Assembly: GCA_963782525.1 (NCBI GenBank)
Contig: CAWAKC010000006.1
Span: forward strand, 64,001 to 128,000
Source: Candidatus Bathyarchaeota archaeon
GTDB lineage: Archaea; Thermoproteota; Bathyarchaeia; Bathyarchaeales; Bathycorpusculaceae
Length of the DNA stretch: 64,000 bases
Direction of reading: 5' to 3'
Shown: positions 38,448 through 46,799 of the stretch, piece by piece
How positions within the stretch are numbered: position 1 is the first letter of the stretch
How the letters are laid out: every line of letters begins with the position of its first letter
Notes under the pieces: model-generated
Seen by the model: only the letters and a program-made list of their open reading frames with translations
Database searches by the model: none
Told to the model about the DNA's origin: nothing
Made by a program: the position numbers and the translations under genes

Positions 38448-39650
38448 TTGGGGTTTAAACGCTTGGATCCCGCAGTGCTTGCCTTTCTCGTTGCAGGTCT
38501 CGTAATAGTGTTAGGGTTCATAGGGGAAGAATTCTTCAAAAGAACAAGCATACCTGACCCGCTTCTCTTGCTTTTATTTGGTGTTTTGTTAGGACCAGTG
38601 CTAAATGTCTTTTCCCATCAGCAATTGAGCTCAATCACACCATATTTTGCAGCTTTAGCTCTGATTGTCATTCTCTTTGATGGTGGTCTCAACATGAACA
38701 TCACGTATGCAATCAAAAACAGCCCAAGGGCTTTGATACTTGGAATCGCGGGTTTTATTTTGAATGTTATAGTTACGGCTTTGCTCTGCAAGTACATTTT
38801 GGGCTGGCGCCTTTTAAATGGATTGCTGCTTGGCAGCATACTTGGAGGTGGCAGTTCAATAATCGTAATTGCGCTGGCAAGAAAGCTCGGAGTTGACAAG
38901 AAAACTGAAACGGTTCTTAGCCTCGAGTCAATTTTGACCGACGTTCTCTGCACTGTTGGAGCCTTTGTCATAATTGATGTCATTCTTTCAGGCGAGGTAA
39001 GTGTGCAAGCAGCATTGGGTTCTGTTGCAATAGCGTTCGGAGTGGGCATTGTTGTAGGTTCACTTATTGGGATAGCTTGGTTGAATGTTTTGGAGAGGAT
39101 AAAAGGAAAACCAAACATCTACATGCTGACGTTTGGAGTTTTGCTTTTGACCTTTGTGTCAGCAAGAAATCTAGGCGGGACAGGGGCGGTCTCAGCGCTT
39201 TTTCTAGGGCTTATCATCGGTAATGCGCCTCAAATCGCCAAACTGTTGAAATTCAAGAATATGGTTTCAATTAATGAAAGTGTCTCAACGTTTCATAGTC
39301 AAATCAGTTTTCTTATTCGGTCGTTTTTCTTTGTTTTTACCGGCCTATTGTTTAGCTGTTCATCTCTCACTATAGTTATTTTAGGATTGGTTCTTTCGTT
39401 TATCTACTTGGGTTTGCGATTTGCTGTCGTTAAACTGTCATTTCTGAAGTCTTCTTTTCAAGATTCCAAATCGCTTATCACAATTATGCTTCCTCGAGGA
39501 TTGGCGGCAGCCGTTTTAGCTTCTTTGCCTTTTGCATCGGGCGTTCCAGGGTCTGAGGTATTCCCAGAAATAGCCTTCATAGTAATCATAACAACGATTG
39601 TTATTTGTACTGTTGGAGTTGGGGTTCTCAAAAAGAAATTGAAATCGTAA
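38448..39650 (+). CDS. CPA1/NhaP-type cation:proton antiporter
   Basis: ILFDGG, LESILTD, FFFVFTG, PRGLAAAVLA. Confidence 0.92.
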   Translation: MGFKRLDPAVLAFLVAGLVIVLGFIGEEFFKRTSIPDPLLLLLFGVLLGPVLNVFSHQQLSSITPYFAALALIVILFDGGLNMNITYAIKNSPRALILGIAGFILNVIVTALLCKYILGWRLLNGLLLGSILGGGSSIIVIALARKLGVDKKTETVLSLESILTDVLCTVGAFVIIDVILSGEVSVQAALGSVAIAFGVGIVVGSLIGIAWLNVLERIKGKPNIYMLTFGVLLLTFVSARNLGGTGAVSALFLGLIIGNAPQIAKLLKFKNMVSINESVSTFHSQISFLIRSFFFVFTGLLFSCSSLTIVILGLVLSFIYLGLRFAVVKLSFLKSSFQDSKSLITIMLPRGLAAAVLASLPFASGVPGSEVFPEIAFIVIITTIVICTVGVGVLKKKLKS

Positions 39651-39793
39651 GATCAAACAAGTGGATAAAAAAAGGTGTAAGTCAGGCTATACATTCAATT
39701 CATTTTTCTAATTTTCTAAATAGAGAACAAATTTTCAATATACAGCATCTTCTGGCACTTTCATTCTTAAATATCAAAAAAGTGGTGGAACTT

Positions 39794-39854
39794 ACAGAGC
39801 CCTTGGGTGCGGGAAGGTAACCCACAGGGCACCACTCGCAAGCAAGGACTCTGT
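39794..39854 (-). ncRNA. Candidate structured RNA hairpin, short relative of 41469-41706
   Basis: 12-bp outer stem, inner stems, - strand TATA near 39900 and T6 tract; 20-bp identity with 41527-41546. Confidence 0.45.
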
Positions 39855-39964
39855 TTTTGCACAGCAATTAGAAGAGAAAGTTTGAAGGTTAACCCTTAAA
39901 AGCGGAATTGTGCCAAGATTGAAATACTTAAAACACCATAAATTATAGTTGAGGCTGCCCTGGT

Positions 39965-40813
39965 ATGTTTGAAGATATTCTTTTGCCTTTAGATGGCTCT
40001 CATTCCTGCTTGAGAGCAAGAGAAGTTGCGGCTGAAATCGCCAAAAAGTACAACTCAAAAATAACAGCCCTTCACGTCATGTCCCATGATTTCATGCATT
40101 CAGAATTGAAAGCTAGCTACAATTTGCCACCTTTGGTTTTGCAAGAACTCAACAAAACATACGAAAAGAACGGTGAAAAAATATTGAGAGCAGCAGAAGA
40201 GTTTTTCAGAGAAGAAGATATTTCAATCAAGACTATTCTTGATAGAGCTGAAGACACGGCAGATAGGGTATTGCAAAAGGCAGAAGAGCTAAATAGTGAC
40301 CTCATAGTAATGGGAAACATTTCAGAAGATGAGGATTTGCGCTTTTCTTTAGGAAGTGTAGCTGAGAAGGTTTCCTTGCATGCACAATGTTCAGTTCTTA
40401 TAGCGAAAAGAAAAACTCAATTCAACAAGTTGCTTGTTGCCTATGACAGCTCCAAACAATCTAAGAAGGCTCTCAAAGTTGCAGTTAATTTATGCAAGCA
40501 TTTTAAAAATGCCAAAATGACAATACTTAACATTGAAAACCGAGAATTGCATCGTCTGGAGCCAGAGTTAGCTAATGAAATTGGAGAGAAGATATTAGAC
40601 GAAGCTTCAACAGCGATTGAAGGGGTTACTTGTGATAGGCGGTTGGAATTTGGTAATCCCGCAGAAATGATTCTAAAAATTGCAAAAATTGATGACTATG
40701 ACCTTATTGTATTAGGAAGTCGAGGTCTAAGCAGCATTAAAAGATTTTTCACGGGTAACGTCGGAACCTTTGTAAGCATGAATTCAGAACGTTCAGTAAT
40801 GCTTGTTAGATAG
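39965..40813 (+). CDS. Tandem universal stress protein (UspA x2)
   Basis: ILLPLDGS, DLIVMG, GSVAEKV, DLIVLGSRG. Confidence 0.93.
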   Translation: MFEDILLPLDGSHSCLRAREVAAEIAKKYNSKITALHVMSHDFMHSELKASYNLPPLVLQELNKTYEKNGEKILRAAEEFFREEDISIKTILDRAEDTADRVLQKAEELNSDLIVMGNISEDEDLRFSLGSVAEKVSLHAQCSVLIAKRKTQFNKLLVAYDSSKQSKKALKVAVNLCKHFKNAKMTILNIENRELHRLEPELANEIGEKILDEASTAIEGVTCDRRLEFGNPAEMILKIAKIDDYDLIVLGSRGLSSIKRFFTGNVGTFVSMNSERSVMLVR

Positions 40814-41120
40814 GCTAAACCTTAAAGCGAAGGCTTAACCTGTGCATGAAAAATTAACAAGAGCAACATCATAAAGATAAGTGCTGCGAGCAATGCAGAA
40901 ACCTCTTCTAATGAAAGATAAACCTGCCTCTCGCTCTTCTTTTGTAAAGAAGAGACCAAAAAATGGTGTTCTCCGTATCTGCACAAGAGAAACAGAAAAC
41001 CGTTTTTGGCATCCAAAGACCCAAAAAAACACAAATACAGTTAAGAACTAAAGTTACTTTGTTAATTTTAGAGCAAGATAAGGCTGGTGTTGCTTCAATA
41101 CTTGAAGTGCTATTGCTTTT

Positions 41121-41417
41121 TTATTTTTTGCACTCTAAAATCTCTTGATTGTTTTCCAATTCTTCTATAGACCTAGAGATCGTCACCACATGCGCGACTG
41201 CTTGAACCATGCTAACTGGAATGCATATTTTGGAACTTCCAAATCTCTTCTTCATCCCAAAACTCTCAGCAGCATCACCAGTAAGCTTCACACTCAAAAA
41301 CTTAATCGCCCAAGTTGCAGGATCAATTTTTGCTCCTTTGACTTCTCCAATAATTTTTGCGCCAGAAGTCACTACCTGTAACCCCATAATTTCTTCAAAA
41401 TTTATCACACATGTCAC
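41121..41417 (-). CDS. PRC-barrel domain protein
   Basis: IMGLQVVTSGAKIIGEV...IDPATW...IPVSMVQAV. Confidence 0.85.
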   Translation of the reverse strand: MTCVINFEEIMGLQVVTSGAKIIGEVKGAKIDPATWAIKFLSVKLTGDAAESFGMKKRFGSSKICIPVSMVQAVAHVVTISRSIEELENNQEILECKK

Positions 41418-41468
41418 CTATATTACTTGAGTTTATTCTAAATATATGCCTATCTTTTCTAATCCCTT

Positions 41469-41706
41469 TCGCATTTGACTGACTAAAGTCAATATTCCAT
41501 TACTAATAGTGTTAGAATGTTGCAAGACAGAGTCCTTGCTTGCGAGGAGGGTGCCCTATAGGGATGTGAACTCGCTACCTGAGGTGTTTTTGCTTTGAGT
41601 ATAAGAAGTGCTTTTAGGCAGAGGACTAAGTAGCGGACTCTGAAACGCTTTCACTTCCATTTACCTCTCTACTGAGTGGAATAGTTAGTTAATTCGATTT
41701 CTTTTT
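41469..41706 (+). ncRNA. Candidate ~235-nt structured ncRNA
   Basis: Nested stems closing a three-way junction, G-U rich on the + strand, ending in a T-tract. Confidence 0.55.
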
Positions 41707-41752
41707 ATGGTCATTTCGATGATGGGTTGGTGTTGTTTGGAGGTTTGTAAGT

Positions 41753-42037
41753 TTGGGTAAGACTGTTCCTGCTTACAGCTGGGCTTTGGAATCTGAGATT
41801 GACTCGTGGAGGGGTTTTAGGCGGGCGTTAGCCAGTGATGAGGACAAGCAGGCTTTTGAGGAGATTATGGATTTATCCAGGATATTCGCTTCAGAAAGCA
41901 GCAACGCTACAAACCCAATAATCTTTGAGCTCATGGTAATGAGTATTCTTCTTGGTCAACAAAAAAGAATACGGCAACTCGAATGCAAACTCCGAAATTT
42001 GCCTGGGCAGAAAAACGGAGAGAGCACCCATGGTTAA
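41753..42037 (+). CDS. Small helical protein resembling the PolB2-associated partner family (MGRTxPS/AxxxALExE)
   Basis: MGKTVPAYSWALESEIDSWRGFRRAL...MSILL; SD GGAGGT; family recalled, not searched. Confidence 0.6.
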   Translation: MGKTVPAYSWALESEIDSWRGFRRALASDEDKQAFEEIMDLSRIFASESSNATNPIIFELMVMSILLGQQKRIRQLECKLRNLPGQKNGESTHG

Positions 42038-42239
42038 AATCCAAACAAGAACTATCACAAAAAAGTACAGGGACAAAGTCTACAGCTACAAGCAACACAT
42101 AGTTCTCCTGCCGCTTCCATGCGATGAAGAACTCGCGCCCTTTCTTGATCAGCAACTTGACCTAAAAATCAAAGACGACGCCTTAATTTTGGCTCTTAGA
42201 AAACCAATGGAAAAACCGCAAGATGAAGAGAGGAATTAA
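42030..42239 (+). CDS. Small AbrB-like/swapped-hairpin protein
   Basis: MVKIQTRTITKKY...YSYKQHIVLLP; overlaps neighbours in the operon. Confidence 0.5.
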   Translation: MVKIQTRTITKKYRDKVYSYKQHIVLLPLPCDEELAPFLDQQLDLKIKDDALILALRKPMEKPQDEERN

Positions 42240-42507
42240 GCTATCCAAAATAAATGCCACATTCAAGCAGGCAATGGACCTCACAACGCTTTTGGGGAAG
42301 TTGCAGCAACATGGCCTGGTAAAGATAATCTTTGACCCATCAATAGATGAGGAGCCGCTTGTGCAGCTAACAGAAAAGGGCAGACAAGAATTAACCGAAC
42401 TGCTCTTTTCCAACGAGCCTAATAAGGAATCTCAACTGAAAGTGAATAAAGATGATGAAAAAACAATCTACATTATTCCCTCAAGATGCAGTAAAGATTG
42501 TTGGTGA
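42223..42507 (+). CDS. Small winged-helix-like protein
   Basis: LGKLQQHGLVKI...VQLTEKGR wing motif. Confidence 0.55.
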   Translation: MKRGIKLSKINATFKQAMDLTTLLGKLQQHGLVKIIFDPSIDEEPLVQLTEKGRQELTELLFSNEPNKESQLKVNKDDEKTIYIIPSRCSKDCW

Positions 42508-42910
42508 ACTGGACTTAAGGGAAGCCGAAAGATTAGCAGCTAAAATAAAGGCAACCGTAGAAGCTCAATGTGAACTGATTGAGGTTGCAGGCAGCATAAG
42601 ACGGCAAAAACCCAAAATACATGACATCGACTTTGTGGTCGTCGCAAAAAGTGACCTCGAATGGCAGAAAATAAATGAAAAACTCAAGCAGTTAAAAGCC
42701 AAACCTAACTGCTCAGGTAACAGCGTCATCAAAGCCTTCGTGCCCTGCCACGAAGGTCTTTTTCAAGTGGACTTTTACCGTGCAAAACCATCGACTTTAG
42801 GAATTCATCTGCTTGTTCGGACCGGCTCAGCTGACCATAACATGTGGCTTGCAGGCCACGCGTTCTCAATGAATTCAAAAAGTGTAAAAGTGAAAAATTT
42901 TTCCTGTTAA
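42452..42910 (+). pseudogene. Minimal family X DNA polymerase, C-terminally truncated
   Basis: VAGSIRR, HDIDFV, QVDFY, RTGSADHN motifs; similarity stops after HAFS and the thumb is missing. Confidence 0.75.
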
Positions 42911-42965
42911 CAATTGGGTGATAGTTTTGTTCTCTGAAAAAAGGCTGTTAACTTTCGGATGATCT

Positions 42966-43220
42966 TTAGTTAAATTGTTTACCACTTTTTGAGCAGAATT
43001 TGGCGTTGCCTGCCATTGAAAGCCCACATTGTGGACAGATTCTGTTGATAGAATGGTTATATTGTGACTGAGGTTGCTGTAAATATTGTTGTGGTGAGTA
43101 AATTTGGGGCGTATTTGTTTTCTGTCTTGTGATAAAGTGCAAAAGAGCTATAATTAAGACCACAAGCATGGTGAATGAAATACCCCCGATGATGATTATC
43201 CATTCCCATCCTTCAAGCAT
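42966..43220 (-). CDS. Membrane-anchored zinc-ribbon protein (last Cys lost)
   Basis: TM, Gln-rich linker, CPQCG...KFCSKSG. Confidence 0.7.
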   Translation of the reverse strand: MLEGWEWIIIIGGISFTMLVVLIIALLHFITRQKTNTPQIYSPQQYLQQPQSQYNHSINRICPQCGLSMAGNAKFCSKSGKQFN

Positions 43221-43417
43221 GTTTTTTCCTCTCTTGAATCACTTTTTATTTATTGCGTAATTTGTTTAAAAGAATTGTTATTTTGGGGGCCGTTCCTCAT
43301 TTAATCATGGGTAAGTCAATGACGTTGAACAAAGACTGCAGTAATAAATGAGAACCCGCGAACGTAAATGCTTTAATCAAGGATGCTGCTATACAACCAA
43401 AAAAAGGTTAAGTTAAC

Positions 43418-43984
43418 GTGAACGCTGACAAACTAGTTATTGGTTTAGCTGGGATGCCTGGGTCAGGAAAATCCTTAGTCGTTGATTCAGCAGGTGAGTT
43501 GGGCTATGATGTTGTGGTTATGGGCGATGTGGTTAGGCAAGAAACCACAAAACGCGGGTTAGATTTGACGCCTCAGAACGTGGGCAAAGTGATGCTTGAA
43601 CTTCGTGCAGAAGGAGGAAACTATGTCATCGCACAGAAATGCATCCCAAAAATAGCGAAACAAACTAGCCCCAAGGTTCTTGTTGACGGCTTGAGAAGTC
43701 TCTACGAAGCCGACATATTCAAAGAGAATTTTGTCAAATTCAGTCTTGTGGCTGTCCACGCTTCGCCAGAAACCCGTTTCAGCCGTCTCTCGAACCGACG
43801 TCGAAGCGACGACCCAGCAGAGTGGAAAGTGTTCCATGAGCGTGACATGCGGGAGCTCAGCGTTGGTTTAGGCAACGTTATAGCGATGTCTGAGCAGATA
43901 ATAGTGAACGATAATAGCTTCGAGCATGTTAAAGCTAAAGTAAAAGAGGCATTGGGGAAGATTGAGGAGAAATGGTTGAAGTAA
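43418..43984 (+). CDS. UPF0200-type P-loop nucleotide/dephospho-CoA kinase-like protein
   Basis: GMPGSGKS, MGDVVR, DGLRS, RDMREL. Confidence 0.88.
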   Translation: MNADKLVIGLAGMPGSGKSLVVDSAGELGYDVVVMGDVVRQETTKRGLDLTPQNVGKVMLELRAEGGNYVIAQKCIPKIAKQTSPKVLVDGLRSLYEADIFKENFVKFSLVAVHASPETRFSRLSNRRRSDDPAEWKVFHERDMRELSVGLGNVIAMSEQIIVNDNSFEHVKAKVKEALGKIEEKWLK

Positions 43985-44370
43985 CAGTTTTCGTTGAAAC
44001 CGAAATTTATCCAACGGAATGCGAAGAAAACGTTAAGACAGCGGTTGCCAACTTTTTGGACAACGCAACCATAACCGTCAAACCCGCCGCTAAAGGAAGT
44101 ACCTTAACGGCGGTGGCGAAAGGGGAAGAGTCACTTATCAAACTCCGCAATATGTTGCACAACGACCGAATCCGCGATGCAGCAAGAAGATTCCTCTTCA
44201 AATCTATCCGTGGAAACATGATTTCTTTTTGCTTAAACAAGCAGGTGGCTTTTGCTGGGCACATTTCGTTTTCCGAGCAAACTGCGGAGTCGCCGTTGGG
44301 TCCAATACGGGTAAACATTGAGACTGATAACACCGAGTTGCTTATCGGTTGGTTAGCTGAAAAGACTTAG
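43972..44370 (+). CDS. UPF0201/DUF54 putative RNA-binding protein
   Basis: PTE..V..AV.N, IRDAAR, LNKQVA, PLGPI. Confidence 0.88.
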   Translation: MVEVTVFVETEIYPTECEENVKTAVANFLDNATITVKPAAKGSTLTAVAKGEESLIKLRNMLHNDRIRDAARRFLFKSIRGNMISFCLNKQVAFAGHISFSEQTAESPLGPIRVNIETDNTELLIGWLAEKT

Positions 44371-44384
44371 AAGGAAGAGAGGGT

Positions 44385-45404
44385 TTGGCTGAGCGGGCGT
44401 TGGTAACGAAGAGTGGCGCGGTTCTGTTAGGGGACAGTGTCGCCTGTGATGCCCATGACTCCTCAAGACCTCTTCGTGTTGTAACCCATGCCCATGCCGA
44501 CCACCTCTACGGTTTACGTACAAGCTTGAAGGGTTGCGAGAAGGTTTTGATGACCAAGGCCACCCGAGACCTCACACAAACCCTCAACGAATCACTCAAA
44601 CTAAAAGATGCCTCAGCCGTAAAAACCCTCGAGTATGGTAAAGTTCTCAAGTATGGCGACGAAAAAATCAGCTTCATAAAAGCAGACCACATCTTGGGTG
44701 CATGCCAAGTTTTGGTTGAGGATTCAGGAGGCATACGCATCGTTTGGACTGGCGATTTCAGGTTGGATGGAACGCCAGTCGTTGACTGCGATGTTCTGGT
44801 GGTTGAAGCCACGTATGGTAGCCCATCGTGCAGGCGCAACTTCGACGTGGATGTCCGTGAACTCTTGGTCTCAATGATTGAGAAACGACTTCGAGGCGGC
44901 ACCGTTTACGTATTTGGTTATCATGGCAAACTTCAAGAAATTATGCAGATTTTGCGGAATGCAGATGTTGAAGTGCCCTTTGTTATGCCCGAGCGTGTTT
45001 ACGAAGTGACCAAAGTCTGTGAGAAGCATGGCATGAAATTGGGTTGTCTCTCACTGTCCACCGATCATGAAGGGCACGAACTCTTAGACGGCAACTTGCC
45101 CTGTGTTGCTTTCTACCATATGAATCAACGGCAGCATGTGGGACTCAGGAACGCTCGAATCTGCGTGAGCGGCTGGGAATTTCGTAATCCTTGTAGACAA
45201 ATTGGCGATCGCGAACATTTGGTTGCGCTGAGTGACCATTCGGATTTTGATGGCTTAATCGAATATGTGAAGCGTTCAAAAGCTAAGCAGGTTATCACGG
45301 ACAATTTCCGCAGCAACGGTGATGCATTAGCTCGGGAAATCCGCAAGCGCCTAGGAATCTCTGCAATTGCTATGCCCCGAACTAATGGTCAAACAACATT
45401 GTAA
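44385..45404 (+). CDS. MBL-fold beta-CASP exonuclease
   Basis: THAHADH, HILG, TGDF, EATYG, LSDHSDF. Confidence 0.9.
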   Translation: MAERALVTKSGAVLLGDSVACDAHDSSRPLRVVTHAHADHLYGLRTSLKGCEKVLMTKATRDLTQTLNESLKLKDASAVKTLEYGKVLKYGDEKISFIKADHILGACQVLVEDSGGIRIVWTGDFRLDGTPVVDCDVLVVEATYGSPSCRRNFDVDVRELLVSMIEKRLRGGTVYVFGYHGKLQEIMQILRNADVEVPFVMPERVYEVTKVCEKHGMKLGCLSLSTDHEGHELLDGNLPCVAFYHMNQRQHVGLRNARICVSGWEFRNPCRQIGDREHLVALSDHSDFDGLIEYVKRSKAKQVITDNFRSNGDALAREIRKRLGISAIAMPRTNGQTTL

Positions 45405-45422
45405 ACAAACCAATTTTCATGG

Positions 45423-45461
45423 ATGGTTTTATGGTTCTGTTTGGAGAACCATGCGGTTCTC
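45423..45461. promoter_or_regulatory. Operator-like repeats upstream of a TATA box
   Basis: ATGGTTCT-N6-AGAACCAT plus extra GGTTCT half-sites adjacent to TTATAAA (45471). Confidence 0.5.
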
Positions 45462-45509
45462 TATTGAGAGTTATAAATACAAAAAAGAAATAACGATTGG
45501 GGTCTAACA

Positions 45510-46223
45510 TTGAAAACGAAAATTGTTATTGTAGTGATCGGGATTGTCGCGTTGCTTTTAGGTCTGTTTTTGGCTTTGCCTCTTTTTACTGCAAACCTGA
45601 ACCATCCAGCTCTTACATATCCTGGTGGCAGAGCTTACATCGGTTTAGATGTTGTATACGCTTATTTTAAACTCGAACCTTTCAATCAAAATATTCCGGG
45701 TTTATGGCGCGATACAAGTGACCCAACTCAAGTTAGCGAGAGCCTAACCAGTTATCTCATCATAATGAACGTCACAAATTATTCTAACAGCACAGTTTAC
45801 ATGGAAAGTTTCGAAGCAACTGCAGCAAAATACATGAGTTCTGTGAGCAACAAAAGTTACATTAGCCAAGAAATCATCGAACCATTTCTCACCAGCACCC
45901 AATTAACCAATGGCGAAAATGATAGACTTCATCAAGTATTCCCGACCGCAACTAGGTGGGAACCGTACGAGTCACGAATGGTCGCTTTTTCGGGTATCGA
46001 AGAGGTCACGAATACAAGTCTGCTGCAAACAGGAACATTCTATATGGGCGGTCATGTGTACGAAACCCCGATTGATGGTTTATCCTCTCAGGGTGTAGGC
46101 TCCAAATTGGTTCGTATGTCTGCACTTGGAAACGAGTTCCTCTATAACATCCTTGTTGGGCCAAATCAAGTGTTACGTTTTACGTGGGACGGGCAGATTG
46201 CCTATGTTGATGAGGCGCAATAA
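45510..46223 (+). CDS. Membrane-anchored extracytoplasmic protein
   Basis: N-terminal TM, VVYAYF and YLIIMNVTNYS, NxS/T sequons. Confidence 0.7.
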   Translation: MKTKIVIVVIGIVALLLGLFLALPLFTANLNHPALTYPGGRAYIGLDVVYAYFKLEPFNQNIPGLWRDTSDPTQVSESLTSYLIIMNVTNYSNSTVYMESFEATAAKYMSSVSNKSYISQEIIEPFLTSTQLTNGENDRLHQVFPTATRWEPYESRMVAFSGIEEVTNTSLLQTGTFYMGGHVYETPIDGLSSQGVGSKLVRMSALGNEFLYNILVGPNQVLRFTWDGQIAYVDEAQ

Positions 46224-46225
46224 CT

Positions 46226-46669
46226 TTGGCATCTAGCAATGAGGAGCTTGAAGGAACCACATTCAAAGTATACCTTTATGTTGCTAGGGAAGGACGTCCA
46301 GTCGGAACACGTGACGTAATCAGAAATCTTCCCCTAAGTAGCTCCAGCGTGGCTTTTAGGCACCTGCAAAAACTAGAAGCATTAGGACTATTGCAGAAAA
46401 ACGAATATGGAGAATATACTCTTAAGGAAAAAGCAGGAATTCAAGGACACGTGTGGATTGGAAGGAACCTTGTCCCTCGCTTGTTGGTATACTCGCTTTT
46501 CTTCCTTGGGCTCTTAACTGTTGAAATCTCAATTATCATAGTCCTTTTTTTCTTTAACAGTCAATTTCCAGATACTAACTTTATGTACCTTACTGCAGTC
46601 ACTGCTGCAGCAATGATTGTTCTCTCAACGGAGGGCTTGCTGCTCTCACGAAAAATGGCTAGAAAGTAA
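46226..46669 (+). CDS. Winged-HTH regulator with two C-terminal TM helices
   Basis: LEGTTFKVYLY...SSSVAFRHLQKLEALGLL followed by 2 TM. Confidence 0.8.
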   Translation: MASSNEELEGTTFKVYLYVAREGRPVGTRDVIRNLPLSSSSVAFRHLQKLEALGLLQKNEYGEYTLKEKAGIQGHVWIGRNLVPRLLVYSLFFLGLLTVEISIIIVLFFFNSQFPDTNFMYLTAVTAAAMIVLSTEGLLLSRKMARK

Positions 46670-46799
46670 TATTACCTCATGTCGATTGAATACTGCACAC
46701 TTTACCGCTTGTTTGGTCTTTTTCGAAACGCTTTAGATAAACCTTAAAAGTACAGAGTTAAACCTAAATCTCAACCTAACGCGTGCAAAGGAATTTGAA

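Noticed and set aside
41469-41706. SRP RNA, RNase P RNA or hammerhead ribozyme
   Set aside because: Lacks the SRP helix-8 GGAA/AGCA motif, the RNase P conserved regions and the CUGANGA core.
2100-46766. 16-bp match TACAGAGTTAAACCTA at 2100-2115 and 46751-46766 as att sites
   Set aside because: It would enclose 44 kb of mostly housekeeping genes, and roughly one 16-mer match is expected by chance in 64 kb.
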